From positions 160,001 to 224,000 of the forward strand of contig JAWXAQ010000016.1 in NCBI GenBank assembly GCA_034439575.1: a stretch of 64,000 nucleotides of DNA, written 5' to 3'. Positions 1 through 9,441 of the stretch are shown one piece after another. The DNA comes from Leptospira sp. (GTDB lineage Bacteria; Spirochaetota; Leptospiria; Leptospirales; Leptospiraceae). Every line of letters begins with the position of its first letter. Position 1 is the stretch's first letter. The notes under the pieces were generated by a model. It was not told the origin of the DNA. It ran no database searches and saw only the letters and a program-made list of their open reading frames with translations. The position numbers and the translations under genes were made by a program.

Positions 1-1112
1 TGAACTATTTTACGGATGGCACAGCCGCCCCTCTTAGATCAAACTATGGCGAAATTCTATATATGGATGGCAAGGAACTGATCGCAAGCCTTCCGCGTGA
101 TCCCCAAGCCTTTGCATCCACAGCCGCCCATGAATTCCAACACTTAATTCGTTATCCTTATATGAATGCCACTCGTGCCAATGATGATACATGGATCAAC
201 GAAGGAACAAGTGAAGTGGCAAGTGACATCGCTGGTTTCGGACCTCAATCATTTCGTCTGAATTGTTTTAATGGATCTGATACCTCCAGATGTTCTGGCG
301 GTGGCAATGGGATTTCCCTTCTCGACTGGAATAGTGGTTCGAGCTCTTCCATCATTTTAAAACAATATGCAATGGCCTATGCTTACATGCGTTATCTTTA
401 TGATATTTCTGGCGGAACAGAGGCACAAAAAAATACCTTCTTTCGAAAGACAGTGCAAGGTGCAAGCTCAGGCATACGTGCGGGTTCAGCAAGCCAACTC
501 ATGTCTGTTTTTCAAGAATCTACTAGATATAATGCAACTTACCTTGGCTCTACGAATCCAGATATATTTTTTAGAACGTTTATGTTATTTTTTGGCCAAG
601 CGAGTGGTGTCGTCGCTTTTAGCAATGTAGAACAAATCGCATCCGACAAAACGACTGTGAATACAATCGATCTGAGTGCCGCCTACGCGGCTTTTCCTTT
701 CGAATCTTCTCTAAGTTCTCTAGTATCAACACCAGTTGTCTCAGTCACTGGAAATTTATCTTTAACTACAGGCTCAGCCTTTGTTGTCGCATCCAATTTG
801 AGCGCATCTTCTATCTCAAACAAATTTCAAAATATGGGAACAGTTAAAAATACAACTGGTTCTCCTACCCCGACAAAAACAATTGTGGCATGGGCCGCCT
901 ATTCGAATGCTTCTCCTTTAACATCGATTAGGGGATTTGATAAAGCGGAAGAAGGCGAAAAACGAGAACGTTACCGTAGCCTCATAGAAACAGAAAGTCC
1001 AGTGCATGGGCACTTACCACTTTGTGGTACGCAGTTTATAAACGAGCCGGTTCAAAACGTCGAAAGTATTCTAATTGAACCGCCCGCATCAAAGAGTGGT
1101 AACATTCCTTAG
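1..1112 (+). CDS. Zinc metallopeptidase, M30/hyicolysin-like; 5'-truncated by the window edge
   Basis: The frame is open from position 3 (NYFTDG...SNYGEILYMD). HEFQH zinc motif is followed by the WINEG third-ligand motif. Ser/Thr-rich C-terminal half. Confidence 0.75.
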   Translation, partial: NYFTDGTAAPLRSNYGEILYMDGKELIASLPRDPQAFASTAAHEFQHLIRYPYMNATRANDDTWINEGTSEVASDIAGFGPQSFRLNCFNGSDTSRCSGGGNGISLLDWNSGSSSSIILKQYAMAYAYMRYLYDISGGTEAQKNTFFRKTVQGASSGIRAGSASQLMSVFQESTRYNATYLGSTNPDIFFRTFMLFFGQASGVVAFSNVEQIASDKTTVNTIDLSAAYAAFPFESSLSSLVSTPVVSVTGNLSLTTGSAFVVASNLSASSISNKFQNMGTVKNTTGSPTPTKTIVAWAAYSNASPLTSIRGFDKAEEGEKRERYRSLIETESPVHGHLPLCGTQFINEPVQNVESILIEPPASKSGNIP

Positions 1113-2088
1113 CAATGTGACCTCCGTCGGCGAAAGCCGCGCAAGAATAGTTAGGGTCTTTTTTAAGTTTTAAAACGGGTGAACCAAACTTTGTAGAAGT
1201 CGTATCAATTCTCTCTTCCCAAGACTTCACCATAGGTTGTCCTTCCACCAGGGCTTCAAAATTAGGAGAGGAAACGGGCCAAACAATTATCGATCTTATC
1301 TTTTCTTTTTCCAATCTACTGAGTATTTTTTCATAAAAAGCAAATTGCATTTCACTTGGATGATAAGAAGCGAATAACCAATCTAAGGTTCTATGGCTTG
1401 TTAAATCCAACATATTCGCATCTTTCTCCGCATAATTATCAATAGGTGAAAGCCCATGACCATTTTTATTCAAAATGTGATCATAGGTAGTTTGTCTCAT
1501 GGAAAGAAAACCTTGTAAATTTGGATTTGTGTAATTTCTCCACATTTGATCCAAATATGGTTTATAGGTTCCAACAGCAAAAAGTCTACGACCTATAAAA
1601 AACGATAAATGATCTTTCCCGAAAAGATCCGCATTCGTTAATACATAAGGTAGATCAAAACTAAAAGTTAAATTTGAAATTTTAAAAATAGAATTTTGAT
1701 TGAACTGATTTGGATCGGTTTCCATCAAAACTAAATCAGGCTTTATGCCTGCATCCAATATCTTTGTTAGGTTATAATCATAATATGCTGGGGTCGTAAC
1801 TGCTGAAGATAAATTATAAATTTCCCAATCAGGATAAAAAGCATTTAAATCATCGGCATCAAAATACAATAACCGAGATGAACCAAGAATCAACATGAGT
1901 TTCTTATTTTTTGGTTTTGTCTGATTCTGGATTATTTTTTCTAAAAGATCATTTTTGGCCGTATAATTAACAGGCGTAAGATCAAGTTTTGTTAATAGTT
2001 GAATGTATGGAATTCTAAATAACTGATCTATACAAAATAGAAGTATAATAAGAAGAACAGGATAGATGAGAAAAGTTTGCCTTTTCAT
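1036..2088 (-). CDS. DUF1574-like SGNH/DltD-fold membrane-anchored protein
   Basis: N-terminal TM helix, ILGSSR (SGNH block I-like) and C-terminal FADGGH (DxxH). Confidence 0.65.
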   Translation of the reverse strand: MKRQTFLIYPVLLIILLFCIDQLFRIPYIQLLTKLDLTPVNYTAKNDLLEKIIQNQTKPKNKKLMLILGSSRLLYFDADDLNAFYPDWEIYNLSSAVTTPAYYDYNLTKILDAGIKPDLVLMETDPNQFNQNSIFKISNLTFSFDLPYVLTNADLFGKDHLSFFIGRRLFAVGTYKPYLDQMWRNYTNPNLQGFLSMRQTTYDHILNKNGHGLSPIDNYAEKDANMLDLTSHRTLDWLFASYHPSEMQFAFYEKILSRLEKEKIRSIIVWPVSSPNFEALVEGQPMVKSWEERIDTTSTKFGSPVLKLKKDPNYSCAAFADGGHIAKECYHSLMRAVQLEYFRRFEPARL

Positions 2089-2140
2089 TTAGTTTAGAAT
2101 GTAGAATAGCAATAAAAAGTAAAGCAATTGGAATAGAAAC

Positions 2141-2162
2141 CTCTCCGGATTTCCCCGGAGAG
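2141..2162 (-). terminator. Probable intrinsic terminator of the 2169-2531 gene
   Basis: Perfect 8-bp stem CTCTCCGG/CCGGAGAG with a 6-nt loop just after the stop; short T-rich tail on the minus strand. Confidence 0.6.
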
Positions 2163-2168
2163 TCAGAT

Positions 2169-2531
2169 TTATGCAACCTGTGTTTTTAAAACTTTTCGTC
2201 TTTTTTTAAGACCTAAAAACCAATCATCCGCATGTTTTACATATTGAACGAGCTTTTTAACATACTCACGATTCTCAGGATTCAGAATCTCTCGTGCTTC
2301 TTGAATGACTTCTTCTACTGTCTTAACATGAAATGTAAAGTAACTAGTAAATAAATCATAATACTCACGTTCTGTATTTTCCCAAGAATGACTTTGTATG
2401 TCTTCATAGAATTCGAATAACATAGGTATATCAATTTCTGGTGTCGCATCAAAATGACTATTCATCATCGCTACACGATCAGTAATATCTGTTAGCCTTT
2501 GGAAGTAGGTTTCTTGTTCGGGATATTCCAT
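2169..2531 (-). CDS. Conserved hypothetical helical protein
   Basis: 120-aa ORF with strong RBS (GGAGG) and a downstream hairpin. Confidence 0.7.
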   Translation of the reverse strand: MEYPEQETYFQRLTDITDRVAMMNSHFDATPEIDIPMLFEFYEDIQSHSWENTEREYYDLFTSYFTFHVKTVEEVIQEAREILNPENREYVKKLVQYVKHADDWFLGLKKRRKVLKTQVA

Positions 2532-2589
2532 CGCAGACCCTCCTCGTCAAACCTTTACTTTTACCAGGATTTTAGAAGGGCGCGAGAGA

Positions 2590-3036
2590 TCAAGGTTTTT
2601 TTAGAAATTTGGAAAAGTCAGGATTCTCTTTTAAAAATTCAATCAATTTATGCACTTGGCTGTCCCAACCGTCTTTTGCCCCATCTAACCAAACGTTAAA
2701 GGCATCTGAGTTAGGAAATCCCCCGTTGACAATTGTTAAACTGGACTTATTATCCCCTAAAGAATCAAAAATTAACTGAAGAAAAATATCTCCTGCCGGA
2801 TGGTCTTTCCATTCCATAATCAGCTCTTTTCCTGGAATGATTTTTTTATATGTACCATGTGATGTGAAATTGCCTTCGATACCCAAATGCCAAGTCCAAG
2901 AAAAATCACCACCTTCTTTAGGACGACCACGAACTTCATCAGCAAGCCAATGCACAAGTACTTCATACACAGTCGTTGCTTGCCATAATCTATCAACTGG
3001 TTCATTAAATTCGAATACGGATCGAGTTTCTCTCAT
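2590..3036 (-). CDS. SRPBCC/Aha1-like (START superfamily) protein
   Basis: 'PVDRLWQA..T..LVHW' N-terminal and 'GWDSQVHKL' C-terminal patterns typical of AHSA1 domains. Start is ATG 3036 or TTG 3042. Confidence 0.75.
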   Translation of the reverse strand: MRETRSVFEFNEPVDRLWQATTVYEVLVHWLADEVRGRPKEGGDFSWTWHLGIEGNFTSHGTYKKIIPGKELIMEWKDHPAGDIFLQLIFDSLGDNKSSLTIVNGGFPNSDAFNVWLDGAKDGWDSQVHKLIEFLKENPDFSKFLKKP

Positions 3037-3126
3037 TGGCAAACCTTGGAAGAATTCTCTGAGTTTGGCAATCCGTTTTTCACAACGATTTGCGGTCAGA
3101 ATCGCATTCTATTAAATTGTCAATTA

Positions 3127-3618
3127 ATGGAATTAAAAAATCATCTGGCTATCCTTGCACGTTACCATACCTGGTCTTTGGAACATTTGTACATACATTT
3201 AGGTGGTGTTTCAGAAGTAGATTACCGCAAAGATGTAGGTTTATTTTTCAAATCAATTCACGGAACCTTAAATCATTTGCTAGTCGCAGATCAACTTTGG
3301 TATTCTCGTTTTGCAGAGAATTCATCGCCGGTTATGAACTTGGATACGGAAATAGAATCCAACAGACAAACATTAGGTGAAATATTAAAAAACCAATCTT
3401 CCCTATGGGAAAAATTTATAAATCAAATCTCAGAGTTTCCAAACACCTTGGACTACACAACTATGAGAGGTTTTCCTGCATCCATTCCATATTCAGCTGC
3501 TCTTGCCCATGTCTTCAATCATGGAACTCACCACAGAGGCCAAATCATAGCTGCTATGACATCCATGGGTTATTCAAGTCCAGAAATTGATCTCGTCTAT
3601 ATGTTACAAAGAACTTAA
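3127..3618 (+). CDS. DinB family protein
   Basis: FFKSIHGTLNHL and HVFNHGTHHRGQ motifs. Likely start ATG 3127. Confidence 0.9.
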   Translation: MELKNHLAILARYHTWSLEHLYIHLGGVSEVDYRKDVGLFFKSIHGTLNHLLVADQLWYSRFAENSSPVMNLDTEIESNRQTLGEILKNQSSLWEKFINQISEFPNTLDYTTMRGFPASIPYSAALAHVFNHGTHHRGQIIAAMTSMGYSSPEIDLVYMLQRT

Positions 3619-3624
3619 TATTCC

Positions 3625-4941
3625 TTAACTTAGGTGCAAATTGTTCGGCCGAGTATATACCAATTGTACGACACTGATATTTTTCATTTGAAACGCCGCA
3701 GCACAATATGCCAAATAGTATCTCCATTTGCGAATAAAACCTTCGCTATATCCTTGCTCTCGAACTTCCATTAGATTTTCATCAAAGGCCTTTAGCCAAA
3801 GTCTTAGCGTTCTTACATAACTAGAGCCCATATCTTCCATGTGATACAAGTGCATATCGCCTGTTAGGTTTATCGCTTCATTCATTCTGCCAATAGAAGG
3901 AAGAAGTGAGCCTGGGAAAATATGCTTTTGGATAAAATCTATTCCTTTTTTGAAAGAGTTAAATCTGGAATCAGGGCTTGTGATCACTTGCAAAGCCATA
4001 AGTCCATTCTGTGTGAGAACTTCTTGGCATTTACGAAAAAAAGATTCATAATACGCATCCCCAACAGCTTCTAACATTTCCACAGAAACAATTTTTGTAA
4101 AACTTCCTTTGATATCACGATAATCTTGGATACGAATCTCAACTAAATGCCCCAGATTTTCTCTATTGATTTTGTCCGAAGCAAATCTAAACTGCTCCTC
4201 TGAAAGTGTAACGGTAGTAACACGACATCCATAGTTTTTAGCAGCATAAGTCGAAAGATATCCCCACCCACTTCCAATTTCCAATAGATGGTCATCTTTT
4301 GTTAAACGCAATTTTTCGCATAACAATTTGACCTTGGCCGTTTGTGCTTCCTCTAAACTTTGATCCAAATTTTCAAAATAAGCAGAACTATATGTCATAG
4401 TCGGATCAAGGAATAACTTATAAAAACTATTTCCTAAATCATAATGTTCTACAATATTTTTTTTACTTCCGCGTTGTGAGTTTCTACGAAGGAAATGTAG
4501 GAACTTATTTCCTAAATTAAACAAATCCAAGTGAAACAACTTTTTTTTAGCCCCAGATAAACTGGGTGAATCATCAACATTCAATATAAACCAAGAAACT
4601 ACATTTTCTATGGAATCTGTTTCCCACTCACCCATTAAAAATGATTCAGAAAATCCTATATCGCCGTGTAACACAGATCTCTTAAAAAACTTAGGATCTT
4701 TTATGTAAATGATCGCAGAATGGAACTTAGGTTCAAAATCGGAATCTGGATCTCCAAGAGAACTTTGAGTTCCATCGGGAAGGATCACACGAATTGAACC
4801 TCGTTTCATCTTACTTAATGCCTTAAAAAAAATTGTTTGGTATAAGGCGTATTTTTTTCCGATGGAAATTGTCTCTAATTGATTGTAAATTTCTTTCTCA
4901 ATCGAATTTTGCAAGAGAGACTGGTTTGCTGACTTCTCCAA
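3625..4941 (-). CDS. Cyclopropane-fatty-acyl-phospholipid synthase family SAM methyltransferase
   Basis: HYDLGN, MTYSSAYF, LEIGSGWG, SVEMLEAVG, IFPGSLLP and YYLAYC motifs. Confidence 0.9.
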   Translation of the reverse strand: MEKSANQSLLQNSIEKEIYNQLETISIGKKYALYQTIFFKALSKMKRGSIRVILPDGTQSSLGDPDSDFEPKFHSAIIYIKDPKFFKRSVLHGDIGFSESFLMGEWETDSIENVVSWFILNVDDSPSLSGAKKKLFHLDLFNLGNKFLHFLRRNSQRGSKKNIVEHYDLGNSFYKLFLDPTMTYSSAYFENLDQSLEEAQTAKVKLLCEKLRLTKDDHLLEIGSGWGYLSTYAAKNYGCRVTTVTLSEEQFRFASDKINRENLGHLVEIRIQDYRDIKGSFTKIVSVEMLEAVGDAYYESFFRKCQEVLTQNGLMALQVITSPDSRFNSFKKGIDFIQKHIFPGSLLPSIGRMNEAINLTGDMHLYHMEDMGSSYVRTLRLWLKAFDENLMEVREQGYSEGFIRKWRYYLAYCAAAFQMKNISVVQLVYTRPNNLHLS

Positions 4942-5722
4942 GGGTGACTCCTGTTTGGTGATCTAAATTTTCATTTTTTTTAATATATGGCAATCGTTTG
5001 GTCCACAAACGGAATGCTTGCCAATGTATCAAAACTATTATTTGGACTGTTATAAATGGATATCGGCAAAAAAGAATAAACAAGTTCCAGGAAGAAAATG
5101 ATTTTTTTTCTCCAATAAATGCTGTCGTTAAAACACGTTTGTCATTTTCCCAAGAATTGACACCGATATGAAGAGTATCTTTTGGAAAGTTTAGCAAAAA
5201 CTCAAATTCCGAATCAATGGGAATAAAAGGTGATACATAAAAATTTTTCTTAACTCTTAAATAAGTTTCTGGATTTGATATCGTACCTTTTGCGTTATGA
5301 TCCACCTTACCGATATAAGGTTTGATTTCTCCAAATGTATTCCCCACTTCGGCTATGGAACACACTTGTTTCCCATTTTTATCAAAACAAAAATAAAAAC
5401 AGACAGGATTGAAAACATAACCAAGAACACGTAAATTTGTATTTAGGTATATTTTTGCAATTTCTGTATCAATACCAGAAGCCTTTAAATAAGCCGACAC
5501 TTGCTCTTTGAGACTACCCTCACCAAAATGCAAATGGTCTTTGTCCCAAAATGAAAACAAAGAAAAGGAATTTTTGCCAAAAAACCAAACAGATCTATTT
5601 AATTCATCTAGTTCATCCAAATCCAATAAAAATGTCCCCACTTTGTAAGTGAAATGGTTTCGGATAGGAAATGTTCGAGAATGCGTAACTAAGGCATGAT
5701 ATATTTTAGAATTTAAGTCCAA
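4898..5722 (-). CDS. DUF1365 family protein
   Basis: H.R..P..HF.Y, GYVFNPVCFYFC, AEVGNTFGE, KNFYVSPF and IHWQAFRLW motifs. Confidence 0.88.
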   Translation of the reverse strand: MDLNSKIYHALVTHSRTFPIRNHFTYKVGTFLLDLDELDELNRSVWFFGKNSFSLFSFWDKDHLHFGEGSLKEQVSAYLKASGIDTEIAKIYLNTNLRVLGYVFNPVCFYFCFDKNGKQVCSIAEVGNTFGEIKPYIGKVDHNAKGTISNPETYLRVKKNFYVSPFIPIDSEFEFLLNFPKDTLHIGVNSWENDKRVLTTAFIGEKKSFSSWNLFILFCRYPFITVQIIVLIHWQAFRLWTKRLPYIKKNENLDHQTGVTLGEVSKPVSLAKFD

Positions 5723-6981
5723 GGGTCTCTCTTCAATATCGCTTTTGCTACGTTCACTGCTGATAAAAAACCATCTTCATGAAATCCATATCTAAAATAA
5801 GCCCCCGCAAAATAAATGGGACCTTTTTCGTTTAACTTAGGCAGTTCATTTTGCCCTTTAGCTGATTCCACGGAAAACAAAGGATGTTCATATTCGATTT
5901 CTCTAATGATATGTGATTTTTTGATTCTTCCTGGATCATTGATCGTGACAAAATAATCTTTCTTTTTGGATACCTTTTGCAATTGGTTCATCCAATAGAT
6001 CGTATATGGTTGTTTGTTCCCTTTTTCATCACTTACAATTTTATAATTCCAACTTGACCATATCGATCTTTTTTTTGGCATATCGCTCGTATCAGTGTGT
6101 AAGGTGGCAATGTTTTTTTGGTATTTAAAAAGTGGTAAAAGTTCTCTTTCAAGCGGTTCTGGATTTGAGAGAAGTTTTACGGAAGTAGGTCCATGAGTGG
6201 CAAGTATTACTTTATTAAATACTTCAGATGTTCCATCTTCTAATACCACGCGAACCAATTCTTTTTCTCGAATCACTTCTTTTACAGACGAATTTAATCG
6301 TATTTTATCTTTAAAATTTTTGGCGATCCGTTTTACATACTCTCTCGAACCACCATCGACAGTCCACCATTGGTGCTGCGTACTAAGACCCAAAAAACCA
6401 TGGTTATAGAAAAAACGAATCAAAGTTTTCGCAGGAAAACTTAACATTAAATCCGGAGGTGTTGACCAAACAGCAGAACTCATAGGTACCAGATAATAAT
6501 TTAATATATCTTCCCCATACCCTTCCGTTTTCATATATCGACCCAAATCCCAATCATCATATTTAGGATTTTCTAAAATCTTAGGAGCATCTTCATTGAA
6601 ACGATTGATCTGAAGTAACATCCGAATGTATTTCAGACTAAATAAATTTTTCTTTTGGGCAAAAAGTCCGCCGAGCCCTGAACCACAGAACTCTAAGTTT
6701 GTTGGCGCATACTGCACGCTAAACGACATGTCAGATTTTTTTGTAGGAACACCTAGAGTATTAAAAAGGCGCAGTAAATTTGGATACGTGACATGATTAA
6801 ATACAATAAATCCGGTATCTATAGGGATTTGAATCCCATCTTCTTCCACATCGACTGTGTTAGTATGTCCTCCAATATAACTTGCTTTTTCAAAAATGGT
6901 CAGATCATATTCTTTTTGCAAAAAATAGGCAGAGCCCAAACCTGATATTCCAGTCCCAATGATTGCTAACTTTTCCTTCAC
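5713..6981 (-). CDS. FAD-dependent oxidoreductase (amine oxidase-like; possible fatty-acid desaturase)
   Basis: GxGxxG (IGTGISG), GGHTNT, DTGFIVFN...YPN, WSSWNY and GFHEDG motifs. Confidence 0.88.
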   Translation of the reverse strand: MKEKLAIIGTGISGLGSAYFLQKEYDLTIFEKASYIGGHTNTVDVEEDGIQIPIDTGFIVFNHVTYPNLLRLFNTLGVPTKKSDMSFSVQYAPTNLEFCGSGLGGLFAQKKNLFSLKYIRMLLQINRFNEDAPKILENPKYDDWDLGRYMKTEGYGEDILNYYLVPMSSAVWSTPPDLMLSFPAKTLIRFFYNHGFLGLSTQHQWWTVDGGSREYVKRIAKNFKDKIRLNSSVKEVIREKELVRVVLEDGTSEVFNKVILATHGPTSVKLLSNPEPLERELLPLFKYQKNIATLHTDTSDMPKKRSIWSSWNYKIVSDEKGNKQPYTIYWMNQLQKVSKKKDYFVTINDPGRIKKSHIIREIEYEHPLFSVESAKGQNELPKLNEKGPIYFAGAYFRYGFHEDGFLSAVNVAKAILKRDPWT

Positions 6982-7002
6982 TAAAAACCTCTTCGGCTTT
7001 TT

Positions 7003-7833
7003 TTAGACAGGATTGCGTAGTAGTTTAGCCAGCTCCTCATTGATTTCTGTAGCTTTTTTTATAGCAAGTTTTGTATAATCGCTATCTCGGGAAAGCAGAG
7101 TGACCCCTCTTGAAGAATTGATGATGCCATTTTTTCCACAAGCAGTATAAATCTCGGCTAAACTTCCGCCTTGGGCACCGAAGCCAGGAATCAGAAATAA
7201 CAAATTTGGATGTCTTTTTCGAATGCCAGACAATTCGGAAGGATGGGTGCCACCCATTACGATACCTACTTGGCCTGGGTATTCTTCTTCCAATCTCGAG
7301 GCAAAATCGGATACCTCTTCGTATAAAAAGACATCTTTAGTTTTGAGTGTCAATTTTTGCAAATCAATTGAAGATGGATTGGACGTAAGGCAAAGTATAA
7401 AAACGAACCCACCTAACTCTAAATAGGGTAAAATTGTATCTTTTCCCATATAAGCGTTGATTGTCAAAGCATCCACTTTCAAAGTTTCAAAATAATATTT
7501 AGCATATTCTTTTGCTGTGTTTGCTAAATCTCCTCTCTTTGCATCAGCAATGATGGGGATACTTACATCTACTTCTTTACAATAGGCTACATACCTTTCA
7601 AATTCGCTAAACCCTTTGGCGCCAAACCTTTCAAAAAAAGCAACATTCGGTTTCCATGCCACCGCATACGGATGAGTAGATGAAACAATCGCCTTTGCGA
7701 ATTCAAAGAGTGGGAATTCTTTTTTTTGACAATCATGAGGTAATTTTTCCCATTCAGGATCAATCCCTACGCATAACAGTGATTTTAATTTATCTCTGCG
7801 AGATTCGAATTTCTTATAAAAATTAGAACTCAC
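7003..7833 (-). CDS. pyrF: Orotidine-5'-phosphate decarboxylase
   Basis: LCVGIDP, KPNVAFFE, DAKRGD, TSNP, PGFGAQGG and NSSRG motifs. Confidence 0.95.
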   Translation of the reverse strand: MSSNFYKKFESRRDKLKSLLCVGIDPEWEKLPHDCQKKEFPLFEFAKAIVSSTHPYAVAWKPNVAFFERFGAKGFSEFERYVAYCKEVDVSIPIIADAKRGDLANTAKEYAKYYFETLKVDALTINAYMGKDTILPYLELGGFVFILCLTSNPSSIDLQKLTLKTKDVFLYEEVSDFASRLEEEYPGQVGIVMGGTHPSELSGIRKRHPNLLFLIPGFGAQGGSLAEIYTACGKNGIINSSRGVTLLSRDSDYTKLAIKKATEINEELAKLLRNPV

Positions 7834-8711
7834 TTACTTCTTGGTTCCTTAAGTGGGTTTTTAGTATTACGATCATACAATTGATCATCAACTGATCTTT
7901 TTTTGTATCTGCCATAAAAATGGCCGGGTATGACAGTCAAACTTGTAATAGGTCTAACAAAAATATCTCCTATGGAACCTCCGACATACGTGGCATAGGC
8001 GGGAGTCAAAATGTCATAAGACTCTTCCAATTTCTGTTTATCATTTTTCTCCGCAAAATAATTTAAGGCATCATCACTCGCCCGGGCTTCTTGGTACAAG
8101 GGTCCAACGATCGGTACTGCTCGAATCACCGCGTATGATGTTCGATGTTCTCTCTGTGCGAAATCTTTGGCATGTCCACCTTCGTGAATGAGTACAGGAG
8201 CCGAATCCGAATAAACGTTGATGGTATTTGTAAATGGATTGTAATGATCACCACCGACAAGGCCTGCTAACAAACGTTCGGGAAGTAAGGTATAAGAGAT
8301 GAGTGAAATGACTCCAATTGTATACCGGGCAAATGGATTGATATTTTCATTTTTGCCCAATCGTTTCCATTCCGAAACGGGTGCGTATTGGTTGAACCTA
8401 ACTTTTACATCCCGCAAATTATTTTCGCGGATATAATTTTTGAGATACGTTTTTGTTTCTTCGGAAAGATCGTGATTTTCCATTTTCCAGCTCCATAACA
8501 CTAATTTGGAGGGAAGTGAAAAAATATAATGCCCCGCCTTATCCAATAACCAAACAGGCTCCCCTTCTTCAAATTGGGGATCCTCTTCATCAAATGCAGG
8601 TGCTGGTAAATATGGATTCCCATAATTATATTTTTTTTCCATAGAATGACATGCTGTTAAAAATACCATGCCTATGAAGAGTAATATAGCTTTGATTAAA
8701 TGGAGATTCAT
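7830..8711 (-). CDS. Putative lipoprotein with HExxH motif
   Basis: Lipobox LTAC; GGDHYNPFTNT...HEGGHAKDF, with a later E (LYQEARA). Confidence 0.65.
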   Translation of the reverse strand: MNLHLIKAILLFIGMVFLTACHSMEKKYNYGNPYLPAPAFDEEDPQFEEGEPVWLLDKAGHYIFSLPSKLVLWSWKMENHDLSEETKTYLKNYIRENNLRDVKVRFNQYAPVSEWKRLGKNENINPFARYTIGVISLISYTLLPERLLAGLVGGDHYNPFTNTINVYSDSAPVLIHEGGHAKDFAQREHRTSYAVIRAVPIVGPLYQEARASDDALNYFAEKNDKQKLEESYDILTPAYATYVGGSIGDIFVRPITSLTVIPGHFYGRYKKRSVDDQLYDRNTKNPLKEPRSK

Positions 8712-8712
8712 T

Positions 8713-9441
8713 TTATAGGTCCTCCATAATTTGTTTCAATTTTGGATCGGGAGGCGTTTCTTTGAGAATGATAGGTGCTTTAATCGTTTCGCTTGCGCTG
8801 GCTTTGACATAACCACTCTTAGTTTCCAAAACTGAAAAAAATGACTCTAGTGCATTTCTTCCCAATTGGTTGAGCTGATCTTCTCGATTTCCTCTAAATC
8901 CCACATAAGGAGCATACCATATCAATGGGATTATGGTTATTGTACTTCCTAAAGCGAAACAGTCTGTCACATGCGATTTTATTTCATCTTCATATTCAAA
9001 AGGAATAACAGCTGTTTTGCCAATCTGAATCTCTGCCCGCATTTTTACTCTCACTAAATTTGAAGAGCAATGATCTTCAGAGATTAGAATAAATTCTTTT
9101 ACTTCGACTCTACCTCCATCACGAATCAAGGAAGGATAATTTTCAGGTCTTATGGATAATTCTTTTTTGATTAAATATTGAAGATTTCCATATTCGTTTT
9201 GCAATTCGTATTCTACGCCTAGATAATCAACTGATTTAAGTCTGAAAATATAAGGTTCATATCTTGCCATCGTTTTGGCTAAAGAATCAGGAGTCAGTAT
9301 AGAAATTTTTGGCTGTGTTTTGATTAATTCATACGGTTTTTCTAATGGGTAAGGCCTGTATAAACGAAGTGCCGTGGAACACCCATTAAGCGCCATAATT
9401 AGACATACAATGAAAAGTGAGCGCAATTCATTAAAAAACAT
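8713..9441 (-). CDS. Hypothetical lipoprotein
   Basis: Lipobox LNGC; translationally coupled to its neighbours. Confidence 0.6.
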   Translation of the reverse strand: MFFNELRSLFIVCLIMALNGCSTALRLYRPYPLEKPYELIKTQPKISILTPDSLAKTMARYEPYIFRLKSVDYLGVEYELQNEYGNLQYLIKKELSIRPENYPSLIRDGGRVEVKEFILISEDHCSSNLVRVKMRAEIQIGKTAVIPFEYEDEIKSHVTDCFALGSTITIIPLIWYAPYVGFRGNREDQLNQLGRNALESFFSVLETKSGYVKASASETIKAPIILKETPPDPKLKQIMEDL

